The position numbers were made by a program, and so were the translations under genes. A stretch of DNA of 64,000 bases from Eledone cirrhosa (taxonomy: Eukaryota): contig OZ024740.1 in the NCBI GenBank assembly GCA_964016885.1, forward strand, positions 92,566,001-92,630,000, in the 5' to 3' direction. The notes beneath the pieces were generated by a model, which worked only from the letters and a program-made list of their open reading frames with translations, ran no database searches and was not told where the DNA came from. This document shows, one piece after another, positions 1 to 13,306 of this stretch (its first letter is position 1; every line of letters starts with the position of its first letter).

Positions 1-450
1 ACCATGAAAAGAAATGATATTCTCTTAATCTCTTCCAAGCAATGGATTAACAGAAAAAAATTCTAGACTCTTTGGAGTCTAGGTTAGTTTAACTTATTTT
101 GAGATAACAACAAAATGAAATGAATTCCAAAAAAAAAACAAATTCTATCAGGGAAATCATATCAAACATATATGTGATTGTGCCCGGGAAAAATCATAAA
201 TCAAAATACGATAATGTACGGAATATTGCAGCTGCTTTCTTTAGATAACAGAATATTGAAGCATGGATTTCTGGATGATATGTATATTTCTGAGAACCCA
301 GGATTAGTATAAGTTGCGATGAATTCAATATTAGCCAAATAACTAACCATAGATATGTACACTAACTAAAGGGAATATGTCCAAATATTGCTCACTAGCA
401 TCAGATTGAACTAAATGCGCATACAATAAGAAAGCACCATTATTACACCT

Positions 451-562
451 GCCGAGGTTAACTTTGCCTTTCATCCTTACGGGGTCGATAAACTAAAGTA
501 CCAGTAATGCACTGGATACTTGCTGGCCTTGTACCAAACGTAGACACGTAGAAACAATTATT
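451..562 (+). mobile_element. SINE family A, 5'-truncated copy
   Basis: gccgaggttaactttgcctttcatccttacggggtcgataaa...gtagaaacaattatt matches the other family A copies in the window. Confidence 0.85.
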
Positions 563-858
563 ACACAACACAATAACCGCGTTTGATCAATGCAACTGAT
601 TAGAATATTTACCTTCAACCAACAGATTTCTGTCGTGGTAACGATGGTGGAAATGACATCTGGAGCAGAAATAATTAAATAGTTTTCAAAATCTAGTTCT
701 TTTCTGAAAATAAATAGGTTACAGGTGCGTTCTTTATTACATTGTCACTCTTCGGAGATCATCCATCAGCTCGTTTAGTTTCACCGTATCATTGGACAAG
801 GACCACAGATTAGGTGTTAACAATACAATATATATCGAATTTCTCTTTAGTATTTCAA

Positions 859-1038
859 GTGGATTGGCACTATCGGTAGAGGGTCGGACGCCATGCTTTC
901 AAGCATAGTTACGTCCTTTTACGATCTGAGTTCAAATCCCGCCGAGGTTGACTTTGCCTTTCATCCTTACGGGGTCGATAAAATAAAGTACCAGTAATGC
1001 ACTGGGTAATTGCTGGCCTTGTGCCTAAAGTAGAAACA
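859..1038 (+). mobile_element. tRNA-derived SINE family A, near full length (Meta-domain-like core)
   Basis: B-box-like gagttcaaatccc, core gcctttcatccttacggggtcgataaaataaagtaccag, 10-bp TSD agtatttcaa at 849-858 and 1039-1048. Confidence 0.9.
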
Positions 1039-1303
1039 AGTATTTCAAATGAAGAAAATATATTTCCCTGCAAATAGTTTGCAGGGAAATATAAAACTTC
1101 AAGCAGAACTCTAACAATTTAGTAGTGGTGTTCATTGGAATTATACCTAATAAACACTTAACACATTTACCCAGTATTTAGTACGTACAGATCCGCAATA
1201 AATAGCAAAATACACTTACTCAGACGCTGAAAATAATCTGCAGTTCCACATACCTGGTAGCACACACATATACATACACAGACGCACGCCTATACATACA
1301 TAC

Positions 1304-1343
<40 letters not shown>

Positions 1344-1361
1344 GACCAACTCATAATATAA

Positions 1362-2227
1362 TCTATATATATAAAGCTGTGGTTGTCTGTCTGTCTATCG
1401 ATTTTTGGCACACATCTCCTCTTAGAATCTCTGACGGAATTGCACCGAAATTTCTATACTTGTACATTGAGCCCTAGCGAAGACATCGGAAACAAAATAT
1501 TTCAAAATTACCCACCCTATGTGACGAAATCGAATCTAATGTATCGATTTTTGAGCGTAAGTGACGAGTTATTTCCCTTTGTTCTATATATATAAAGCTG
1601 TGGTTGTGTCTGTCTATCGATTTTTGGCACACATCTCCTCTTAGAATCTCTGACGGGATTGCACCGAAAATTGCTATACTTGTACATTGAGCCCTAGCGA
1701 AGACATCGGAAAAATAATATTTCAAATTGACCCACCCTATGTGACGAAATCGAATCTAATGTATCGATTTTTGAGCGTAAGTGACGAGTTATTTTCCTTT
1801 GTTCTGTTTACATTGAGCGTCTTACGCTGGCTTTCTCAGCGTTTAAAATGACATTAACACAATACACGAACAGTTGTCGAGCCAGCAAAATTTTGACCTG
1901 CAAAATTCATCAGTTCGAACACTAAGCTTCGTTTTGCTTCATTTCCATTTATAAGCCTTTTAAAACAATATTTTTACTTGAAAACAAGTCTATTTAAAAA
2001 CTACGTAAAACAAGCAAATATTTCCTCTTTTGTTATAACATTCGGGTTATCGTTATGTTTTCTTAACTTCATAAGGCATATTGTTGGTTGAGGGAATATT
2101 AATCAAAAACACCACATGCAAGTCTGCACAGCAGACACTACAGTTTTTAAGCCAAAAAAGAAATTTAACATTGTAACTTTAACACAGCTACTGAGCGACC
2201 CCGAGCAACGCCGGGCTTTACTGCTAG
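1362..2227 (+). mobile_element. Non-autonomous Helitron with tandemly duplicated 5' end
   Basis: Starts A|TC (tctatatatataaagctg), ends with hairpin cccgagcaacgccggg then CTAG|T at 2224-2227, no TSD. About 221-bp duplication 1362-1582/1583-1803. Empty-site sequence seen at 63505-63592. Confidence 0.88.
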
Positions 2228-2351
2228 TAATATTATAAAATTAAATCAAAAATGTTTTAGCACTAGTAGTGAAATCATTCTTTTCCTTTTTTTTTCAAAT
2301 ATACCTAACTCTCACACATTTTCCATAATATATATATATATTTATATATAT

Positions 2352-2780
2352 ATTTCGTTTGTGAATTTGTTTAGCAATATTCTTTATCTGAAAACGTCTG
2401 TTGACACAGATATTTTTATAATTTGGGCGGGTCATGTTTCCAATAAGAAACACACGTACCATGCTTTCACTCCAATATATTATAAATTAAAAAGAAAAAA
2501 AAAAAATTCTGTTTCGTTGGTTGATTCCACAACCGGGCAGTTGTTCATATATTGTCAAAGTTCTTTCGTCACACATTCTATGATCTCTTTTTGTTGGGCC
2601 TCTCCCTTGTTCTCTCCTACGCCAACGGGAGATTTATAATTTTTTTAAATTTATAATTTAATTTAATTTATAATTTATAATTTATAATTTGATTAATTTA
2701 ATTTTTAATAAATTGGAGTTAAAGCAACTGGTGCGTGTGTTTCTTATTGGTAACATGATCCTCCCAATGTATAACAATAT
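2352..2780 (-). mobile_element. PLE terminal (pLTR) foldback remnant, same family as 24995-25825
   Basis: About 2410-2490 is inverted at about 2700-2780; homologous to 24995-25250; partial HHR on minus (gtgtgacgaaagaactttgac); flanked by (TA)n. Confidence 0.7.
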
Positions 2781-2790
2781 ATATATATAT

Positions 2791-3025
2791 GAAAACCAAA
2801 TTTATGACGAACAACACCAATGACGTCAGCAGTGACATCAGCATGACATCAACGCTGAGAAACTAGTGTGCGTCAACAGTTTCAATTATTTGGAGGCAAT
2901 CATTTACTTGAAGGATCTAAACCTCAAGTACTCGCCAGATCTGCCCAGGACGGAGATTGATACCAAGTCATCTATGGCGCCCCTATGTTCTACCAGACTA
3001 TTAGACAGATGATATGATATGATAT
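2791..3025 (+). mobile_element. RTE-clade LINE 3' fragment with internal deletion
   Basis: KTKFMTNN..EKLVCVNSFNYLEAII late-RT motifs, then 3' end with (gatat)n tail; homologous to 7228-7450. Confidence 0.8.
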
Positions 3026-3045
3026 ATATATATATATATATATAT

Positions 3046-3232
3046 AATTGTTTCTACGTTTGGCACAAGGCCAGCACTTACCCAGTGTATTACTGGTACT
3101 TTATTTTATCGACCCCCGTAAGGATGAAAGGCAAAGTTAACCTCGGCGGGATTTGAACTGAGATCGTAAGGTGACGTAACTATGCTGGAAAACATGTCCG
3201 ACCCTCTACCTCTACTGCCAATTCACCGCCCT
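3046..3232 (-). mobile_element. SINE family A
   Basis: Reverse-complement homolog of 859-1038. Confidence 0.9.
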
Positions 3233-3239
3233 TATATAT

Positions 3240-6200
3240 ATATAATATAAGATCAAAAGATGGTTAAAAGAGTTCCAAGTATTTTATTATGCGTTCTCAT
3301 CAGATAACATAGGGAGACATGATATGAAGCTTAAAAAACACTTGTGAGCAGTGAAATTTTAAATGAACATATGAAAAAATAAAGTAAGATGGATGTATGA
3401 GAGTGCGAAAACATGAGGGTGGGGGAGGAAACAGTAGGGAAGAGGAAGAAAGAATATAAAGGGTGGTGGGGTTGGAGTATAAGAAGGAAGGAAGAGAGAG
3501 GAGGAGAAATTAGTGATAGAGAGAGAGAAATAGCCTTTACAACTGAGAAAATATTGTCTCACAGAGAGAAATTTAAAAAAACCGTTGGGAGATAATAGAT
3601 TATTTAAAAAGATCTTGAAATTAAAAGTTAATGAGGTTTATGGATGTTGATGTTTATGATTGAAGAAAAAGGAATGAGGAATAGTATTAATTTAGGTTTA
3701 TATATTGAAGGGTTTAATAATATGTGCGAACAAAAAAAGGATTTATTAATATGTATTATTAAAATAAAAATATTAATGATATTAAGGATATAATGTGAAA
3801 GAAGAAGAGGAAGAAATGAATTATGAACTTAGAGCAATTAGTTAGGGTTTAAGTTTGTTTTTATGTATTGTAATATGTAAAAGTAAATAATAGGTTTAAA
3901 ACGAGCATGGAAGGAGAGAAGAAAAAAGAGAATTTAAGGAAGAAAAAAAATCTAACGTCAAAAATTATATATGTTTACAAAGATGTTCTAATGGTAATAT
4001 TATTATATATTAAAAAATATATAGTTTCTATGAGGAAAGATGGAAAATGGAAAATGCTGTAGTGAGTAATAATATGAATTGAGAAGTAATTGGAAATAAA
4101 AGTTACAGATTAAAGATTAGAAATTAAAAAAGAAAAAAGGAAGAAAGGAAAAGGGATAAAAAGAAGAAAGATAGGTGATCACAACGATATAGAGTGAGTA
4201 AATTGTATAATATAATATACTGAAATAAGATGGGTATATTTGTAAAAGATATAAAATCCTTTGAGAAAATAAGATTTAAAACATATTAGGTATTGAGATA
4301 TTAGCTGTATACTTTATGGAATGTTCTATGGGATGTATGCAAGCAGAGCGAAAATAAATCCGTACGTCTATTTATTATAGAATTAAAATTAGATATAATG
4401 GTACATTTCTCGGCTAGGCAGAGATTACATGTTCTGGATAGGGAAGAATTCGGGTAAGGAAAGGCGTTTCAAACCTTCCTTCAAGAGATGGTATAGTTCA
4501 TATTTTTTGTATTTTAAGGACCATATGAGTTCCGAGAGTGCCGTGTTAGTTATTTTAATTTGGTATTTAAAACACGATTTTTGATTATAAAATCCTGCTT
4601 TGAAGGAAGTGAAAGTGGAACAGAAACAGTGGAAATAATTAGTACCAGTTATAACCTTACATTCATACACTAAGTTTTTATCAAGACATTGGCTATTAAG
4701 AGGACATTTATTCTAACAGGGCAATTACTATTACGATTAGAGAAATTAACAGATTTATTAAGAAGTGAGCTAGTATTACTTATAGAAGGAATTGGATTGG
4801 AGAAGTTATTTACGATAGGAACTATAGTTTCCTGATTTAGATTGGTATTATGAACATTCAACGAAGTTACGGTGTGACGCCGTATTTAAATTTATTGAAA
4901 CTAACCTAGAGTTAACATTGACGTCGGGTATACTACTTATATTATTATGACGCTCAGTGTTGGATGGATGTAATTTGGTACTTAATATTTTATTATTGTG
5001 TTTAGAGATAATGTTAGTGATGTTTGAAGTGGTGGAATAAGAGAATTTGATTGTATGTTTGTTAACTATTTTACTATATATATGCTAGGGAGGGAAGCAT
5101 TAATCTAAGGCCCTAAAGAAAAGTTTAGGAATATTATTAGTGACAGATAGAGAAAAAAGAGCATTATACCAAATCATATTGTTGTATCTAGGTCTTTTAT
5201 TTAAGTTATTGGAATGTTCATAATTAACTATTTTACTATAAGTCCTTCGCTGATTGGTTTCTTTACTGTATTTAATTTTATCAGGATAGCCGGCTTTGGA
5301 AAGCGCATTATTATAGTAATTGTCATTAGCGTCGAAGATAATTTTATTAGAGGATAGATTTGAGATTCTTTTTTCAATATTACTGACTATAGAATTTTTA
5401 ACGTTAGTGGGGTTGTTAGATTTAAAATTAACCTAATTTAGATTATTATTGTTTTTATGGTAAGGATAATATAGGCCAGTGTCAAGATTAAGGGATATAT
5501 CCAAGAAATTAGCTAGTTTGACGTTGTTATCAAATTCAATGTTAAGGTGATGCTGCCTAAGATTAAATATATTGTTCTTAATAATATTAAGGTTAACTAA
5601 GTTACAGTTTAAGATAGTAAAAAGGGCATCGTCACGATAAATTCCATCGCGAAGTTGAGAACTTTTCCGATTTAAAGAATTCAGAATAATGATACCAATC
5701 AAATCCGTCAATTCTGATGAATCGGAATCACCCATTGTGATATCAACGTTGTTGGAATTATCAGCTCTATTCCAATATTCATTGTTTAATTCCAAGATAG
5801 CTTTCCTTGCGGTGAGAATGATGTAAAGTTCATCTGTGGTAATCTCAGAATATTTAAATGCGAAAGATTGAGCGTTGTTGAGGAGTGAAGTCGAAATAGA
5901 AAAATAGTAACTGGCAATGTCAAACTGAATAAATGTTTGTTTGTTTTTATTATTTAGGTCATTGAACCAGCCAATTAATTCAATCCATAAATTTAAGTTA
6001 GAAATGGAGCAATTAGAACGAACCTGTGGGATGATTCTATCCAAGATGGATTTACTAACAACCCGCAAATTTGATTTAGAGGGGGTGATTAGTCTAACAG
6101 GCAGTTCCGTTTGAAAGTTACTTATTATGATCCTTGAGATTTATCCCCAGAGTTCTTGGGAAGAATCGTTCGGTCTTTTTCTTGATGCCGAGTTTAGACA

Positions 6201-6930
6201 TAATCTCAGAAGCTTCCAAGTTTATAGATTTCAAATTGTCATAGTTAGTTTTACGATAATTCTTCCTTAGTTCCTTAACGATAAGGTTATTATACTTATC
6301 TTTAGATACGCCATATACATTATTAGTTTTGTTGGAGTGGACTAAGATATTTCTAGAGGAATTAAGGTCCAAAATCGTATTCCTGAGATTTATAAGGTGC
6401 TCCTGTCCTCTATAAGCGTTTCTCTTGAATGTAAGACCTCTTATAGTATTAGTTAATTCTTCCTCTAAACTGTACTAGATTTTTCTTGGAAGGAGGATTT
6501 CTTCTAGAGTTAAATACATGATCAAAATTGTTATGTTGCTTAGTATAGAATTTTCATTTTTGGCCCTTGTCGTGGAAAAAAGCGATCCATCTAAGTCTTC
6601 TACACAAAAGAGTCAGTTTTTTCAATCAGAAGTTTAGTGAATTCAGATTTACCAGGTATAAGAATGTTTTTAATTGAAGTTGTTATGTTGTAATAATCCA
6701 TGTTATAGAAGAAAAATTAGAGACCATCAAAGTTATTCGATATGAGTGTTAGCGCTCAAGCAGTCAAGTAGCAAGTTAATGTAGGAGGTGAGTTTTATTG
6801 TAACACAATAAAGCAATACAGATATCGAATAAGTAACACTCTACAGTTTATAGGACTGGAATATAAATAATATAAGATCAAAATATGGTTAAAAGAGTTC
6901 CAAGTATTTTATTATGCGCGTTTCAAAAAT
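3240..6930 (-). mobile_element. Near full-length decayed PLE (Nematis-like) with direct pLTR repeats
   Basis: Direct repeat taatataagatcaaaa..gagttccaagtatttttattatgcg at about 3243-3292 and 6868-6918; RT and GIY-YIG remnants inside; (TA)n on both sides. Confidence 0.88.
4301..6701 (-). pseudogene. PLE RT-GIY-YIG ORF, disrupted
   Basis: MDYYNITTSIKNI start, DKTNN-like HSNKTNN, FIQFDIASYY, ITMGDSD, GIYRDDAL, NFLDISLNL, YPYHK, then YECKV..TSFKAGF..TALSELIW and CNLCLAEK; several frameshifts and stops. Confidence 0.88.
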
Positions 6931-6961
6931 AATATATTTATATATATATATATATATATAT

Positions 6962-7147
6962 ATACGTACGTTGTTTCTCTAGTTTACCAGTTTCTATGTA
7001 ACGCTTGCCACACATCTCGGAAGTTGTTTTTCGCTAATTTCCAATAGTCGAAATGCGATTCTGGCTAATTTAAATATATATAAAAACAACTTCTGAGATG
7101 TGTGGCAAGCGCTCCATAGGAACTAGTGAACTAGAGCAACAATGTAC

Positions 7148-7150
<3 letters not shown>
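6962..7150. repeat. Short foldback element in (TA)n
   Basis: Arms about 6962-7030 and 7082-7150 (gcttgccacacatctc.gaagttgtttt / aaaacaacttctgagatgtgtggcaagc); spacer motif cgaaatgcgattct also occurs at about 43077. Confidence 0.75.
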
Positions 7151-7227
<77 letters not shown>

Positions 7228-7231
<4 letters not shown>

Positions 7232-8235
7232 TATCACATCTTATCATATCATCTGTCTAATAGTCTGGTCGAACATACGGGCACCACAGATGACCTGGTA
7301 GCAATCTCCCTCCTGGGCAGATCTGTCGAGTACTTGAGGTTTAAATTATTGCCTCCAAATTATTGAAACTGTTGACGCACACTAGTTTCTCAGTGTTGAC
7401 ACTGATGTCACTTCTGACGTCGTTGATGTTGTTCGTCATAATTTTGGTTTTCACTGTACAGATCTGAATGCCGTAGGTGGTAGAGGTCTTTTCAAGATGT
7501 GCCACAAGGGTGGCAGACTCATTTTCCCTCTCTGAAAGATTATCTATCTCTTCAGAAAAATGCAAGTTCATAGTAGTCCAGCCACCAGTGCAGACTCTCT
7601 CTTCGTGGATTTCCAATGCGTTTGTCATACTCTCTTAGTATATCTTGAAGAGGGTTGGTGTGAACAAACACCCTTGACTTACTCCGACTGTGGTTCTGAA
7701 CCAGCCCACAACGCTGCTACTTAAGAAGTGTTCGCTGCCCGCTTTGTCAAATCTGCTCCGCATCACTCTGATCAAGTTTCCATTGGTGTTTTGCAGCTTC
7801 ATTGAGACCCAAAGTTCTGCGTTCTTAACCCTATCGAAGACGGGGTAGTGGTCTTGTTTATGCTGGAGGTACCCTTCGAATATTACCCTTAGTTTGAAGG
7901 TCTCCTTTTTTGTGCTTTGTTATCCTTCAGCGATGAATTTCTCTGTTGCGTCATCATTCGGTTTAGCAAGATCTTCAGCATGACATTGCTTCAGTGGCTG
8001 ATGAGGCTGAGAGTCTGATAACATTGGCTTAGCTGTATGTTACTTATGCTTATCTGGGGGACGGTGATGGTACGTGACTTGGGCCATGTTGTTGGACATT
8101 GCCCTGTCTGCCAGACCTTGTTGCAGATGGTCATTAGGGCGCTTATCCTTGCTTGTCCCCTAACATGCACAAACTCCGCTTCTATTTTGTCTACTTCAGT
8201 AGACTTCCCCATCTCGAGCGATTTCATAGCTTCTG
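7228..8235 (-). mobile_element. RTE (BovB-like) LINE, 5'-truncated and decayed
   Basis: GKSTEVDKIEAE..ICNKVWQTGQCPTTW..CYQTLSLISH and YGIQICTVKTKIM RT motifs; 3' tail matches 2791-3025. Confidence 0.88.
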
Positions 8236-9110
8236 TAACAACACGTCTAACATATAACTTAAATCATAAATATTGTAAATTATGTATATCATTTTATGAG
8301 ATTAGTTCCTGTGCGTTTAATTATTAATTCAAATTTTTCATAATTTTTCAAATTTTAAAGGTTTTAAACTTAATCTTATGGTATAGGTCGAGCAGGAAAT
8401 TAAGCAGTCGTGATATTTTGTATCTATTTGGAATGAAAACAAGGATTAAACAGTATTTTTTGTCGCATATCGATAGATTTTTAAAAAGGAGGACATGTTT
8501 GTATGCTTGAAACAAAATATACTCCTTCAAAGATGCACAGGGGCACGAGTATTAGGTCTTGAATATATAATCTAGAAATATAATTATATAGAAAATTGTA
8601 GCGGCTACTCATCCCTCGTCAACATCTTAAGGTATTTTAATAGAAATGGTTACGAAAAATTATTGGAATAATTTCATTCCAGGTTAATCATGTTTTAAAC
8701 GTGATGCAGAAAAAGTTATTTGCATAATTCTTTTCTTTAATTTTAGTTGTAAAAATGTTTTTGAATTTGTTATTTCACATTCCTCGTGTGATCACAAAGC
8801 AAATTATAACAAAAAATAAATAAAGCAAATAACAAATACAAAATATTAACCAAGAATTTGAAGCTAAATAATTATCTAAAGAAATTATAGTTTCCTAAAA
8901 TAACAGGGTGAAACGCTATAATTTTGAAAATATTTGAGCTATAAAAACAGTAGTCGGTGTCATCTTTGAATAATTCGATATGATTTAATGATTACTTTAA
9001 ATCTAATGAAACTCTTATCATCAGCATTATAATTGTTTGTTTTCATTTTTTTTACTTCCCTGTTCCTAATTTTCTATCTTTTGACTTTTAGTTTTTTTAG
9101 TTTTACCAAT

Positions 9111-9113
9111 CTT

Positions 9114-9144
<31 letters not shown>

Positions 9145-9183
9145 TTCTTATTCTTCTTCTTCTTCTTCTTCTTCTTCTTCTTC
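9111..9183. repeat. (CTT)n microsatellite
   Basis: Direct reading. Confidence 0.95.
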
Positions 9184-9623
9184 TCCTCTGTCTTTGATTT
9201 GATTAATGATGAAATAAAATACAAAAATTAGCAGCAGCAAAAACAAGTTACATTATCATCAATAGTGGTATAGTGGTTGTATCATATTCAGTATTAGTTT
9301 ACGATACATTAAAATATGTAATAACAAGAATAGCCAAATTGAAAATGTATGGTAAAACAAGCATTGCTGGCAACATGGATTAATCAGCGTGAGCACCAGT
9401 TGCAGTCAACCGACATACTAATTTTTTACTGAATATAACCCACCACCTTACGATTGATTTCTCGAACTGCCACTTTACACGCTGCAATCTGGATATAAAT
9501 GTCCGCCTACAATGATGAATCTTGAAGGTTGTACTGGTTCTGTCATCGCATCTCATTCGCCATTCACTGGGTTGAGTCACCCACTATTCCGTCCACCGGG
9601 ACAACATAAAGCTATAGCGAGAC

Positions 9624-9627
<4 letters not shown>

Positions 9628-9711
<84 letters not shown>
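9628..9711. repeat. (CT)n microsatellite
   Basis: Direct reading. Confidence 0.95.
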
Positions 9712-9714
<3 letters not shown>

Positions 9715-11491
9715 CACTGTCTCTCCTTCTGTTGTTTCTCTCTCTTTCTACACAGGCATTAAAAAAACAAGTTATGATTCTTTTTTGCATGATACTAAGG
9801 ATGTCATCGCAGTTAAACATTGTTTCTAAATGACAAATATGAAGTAAATGTTGAGAAAAGTGCATGTTTGAAAAACTTTACACTTTTTATTTCGAAAACA
9901 TTTAAAATTCTCTGATTTGAATTTCATTAGATATCAATAATTGATTCCCTTTTCATGTTTTCCAAAATATATTCAAATAGAAATTGATTAGCATTATGTA
10001 ATGCATAACTTCTCAAATGAAGTAGAATATTGTAGTGCCAACTTACACTTACTGTTTAATACACACGATTACGTCTACAACTAAGACTATTTAATTAGCA
10101 TATGCAACTAGTATTATATACAGGCTGCATCAACACAATTCTTCAATATGAATAGAGTCACAGTAAAACGTACGTTAATTACACATACGGTGGCTTAGAA
10201 AACTATGTATCACGAATAATAGGCAGGGTGTGTGATAATCAACTTGTAGCAGCCTACAAGAAATACTGAACACAATCATAATATCACACAGGCTTAGATG
10301 AATTAGATATTTATTATGGTTGAATTGACGTTTCAATATTACTATCGTTTGCTTTGCTATTCATATATTTAAGTAAATTGTCTATGGTCTAATCAACAGA
10401 TAAGAGAGAATGGTGGTATATTAATACTATATATTTAAATTGTTATAAACATTCTTATAAAAATGAATTACTAAACACGGAATTGTTGACACTACAATGT
10501 TTCAAAAATAGCACTTCATATTCAAATGGATTTATATATTTTAAATGAATAATACATGAGTTTGCATACTTATATATAATGTATAAATGCATATATAAGT
10601 TCATGCTTTGAGTTTATAATGTACATGTGGCAGACGGAATCAAAACTAAAATATTTATGTGTTTGAATTGTAAAATACCCATCGTTACATTAGAGTTACA
10701 TTGTTACACAAATCATATATGAATTATGAAATAAAGCCGCGTTTAATTAAAATTAACAGATACAAATATGTTAGTATTACATGAATTGCGTGGTGTCTGC
10801 GATTGTGTCAGTAATCAAAATATTTCTTTGAGAAATATGCGATATGATATTTGATTAAATGATTTTAAAAATACATGACATTTTTTGTGGATCTAAACGC
10901 GTAGAAATAACAATATACATGACAATTTCATATCTCTGTATCTACGTGGTTTGATATACCTGCATATTTTATATAACATCCTCCCTAATCGCCACCATCG
11001 ACATGGAAAAGACTACCCGCTGGTGTCAGCCATGCGAACAGGAATGACACTTCCAACGCATCTCCCTCAACTTCATCCGGTTAAAGGCATTTTATTTTTT
11101 GTTGCCGGAGACACTTTGAGGTCAGCGCATGGGCCATCAGTTGCTTATCAGATATTAGAGATTGGCAAAGTGTGAGAGATCGTGGCAGTGAGTGAATCTA
11201 TTGTTTCGTGTGTGACCATGTAATTATTAATGGTATAAATGTAGTCCCTTCCCCTGCCGAGACGCTTTTTTCTCACATGTTTCTCTCATTTTGGACACCA
11301 TCAGCATAGTATTGAAATATAACAATTGCCATTCGATTTCACTAAATTAGTGGCATTTAGCATATGTACATGAATAAAACTGTTTAATTTCCATTATTAA
11401 GAAATTACAGGGTTGTATGTTATTAACATTTCTAGCTTGAAACATATATTTTATGGAGTTATTTAGTTATTAGTTATATGAATTGTGAGCG

Positions 11492-11857
<366 letters not shown>

Positions 11858-11948
11858 CGAAGGAAATGTGGTAAGGAACCAGGTGGACCATAACGCACCA
11901 AAGTACTCAATACTTGAGGTAGTAGAGTGGGTAATAGGAACCAGTAAG

Positions 11949-12042
11949 ACCCCGACAGCTGAGCTCAAGCCGTTTCGACGGCTAATTCTGGACTAAATGA
12001 ACATTTATCCTGGTATTTAAATAGCCGATCTTCTCAAGGGGT
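11949..12042 (-). ncRNA. Type I hammerhead ribozyme motif (U3-A8 core), inverted arm copy
   Basis: Mirror of 15523-15616. Confidence 0.8.
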
Positions 12043-13306
12043 AATTCCATATATGGTCAAAGTGATTGTCAAAAATCAGTAGTAATTCTGTGGTTGCAAA
12101 TTAGTAGGGGAGATGGTGGCTAAACCTGCCAGTAGGAGAAAGAGGGGAGGGGGTGGAGTAGACCCAATCAAGCGTTGGTAGTGCCAGCTACAGCTGGGCA
12201 TGAGGTCAAAGAAGATACAGGGGAGGGGGAGGGGGAGGAAGTCGGAACGGTAGGTAGAACAATGGGGGGTAAAAATAGGAAAGAAAAAATACTGAGAGTG
12301 AAGAAAAGCAAATAAGTGTAAAGAAAAAATTAAATTCTACGACCTAGGTGTCAGGCTATTGTTAGGCGGGAATAAAATAAAGAAAGAAAGAAAGAAGTAA
12401 ATAAATAAATAAATAAATAAATAAGGAAATAAGTAAAAGAACTAGGTGGGACGAATTAGGCAAGGACCCTTTTAAGAGGTATAAGTACGTAAATGATACG
12501 GTGACTGGTCAACAAAAGGGGCCAAAATACTAAAGAGACTACCACGAAATAAACAATAAAGGTTTCCATCCCGGGCCAGCAACGACCCAGTGCAGCAAAG
12601 TGAACTTGTACGACATAATAATTCTGAGTCCCGGGAAAAATATATACTAATGCTAACTCTAAAAGATCTAAAGCAAGCTACATGAAAGTTCGTACGAAAT
12701 AAAGGTAGAATACGGAGAAATAAGTTCAGAATCCACCCCGCCCAGAAGAAAAGCGAAGCAAGAAATACTGAAACGAAAAAATAAGGCATAAGTGCCACTA
12801 AGAAATATAGAGGGCACAGAGAATAGTGGGAGCGGTCGGAAAAGGGGGGCAAGTATCCGGGGTCTAAGCCAACTGCTATAAAGGGCGGAGTCCGCCAAAT
12901 CTATCAAAGACTAGGGGAGGGGGGAGTGGGGGTACTAAGGCTACATGGGGCCAAAGGGCAGCCTCGGGTGGGCGAGAAAAGACGCCGACAAAGGAGAAGA
13001 GCTGGGGTAGAAGGACAAAGGAGAGCGGGGGGAAGGAAATAAAGGATGCGATAAAAGAATACAAAGAAGATCTTACGTCTTCCTTGGCAAGCAGGGGTTA
13101 CCCATTGCAAAATCGGCAACTGGGGTGTTATGGCCCTAGTCTACCCCCCCGGGTCATTATGGGGTTTGAGGGCGAGGTAAGTCCTACGCAATCTATGTTT
13201 ACATGCAGTAACCAGTTCATCTTTCTTGTTTAGGAGTTGGTCCGTCGAAAACAGCATTTGTAAAGTTTCCTCCGAGCATAAATTGCACGGACGGCGTCCT
13301 CCCGTG

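Noticed and set aside
8348-8560. Possible ancient GIY-YIG C-terminal remnant on minus
   Set aside because: Motif resemblance too weak to support
9380-9625. GC-richer unique stretch, possible exon or UTR
   Set aside because: No recognisable protein or RNA motif
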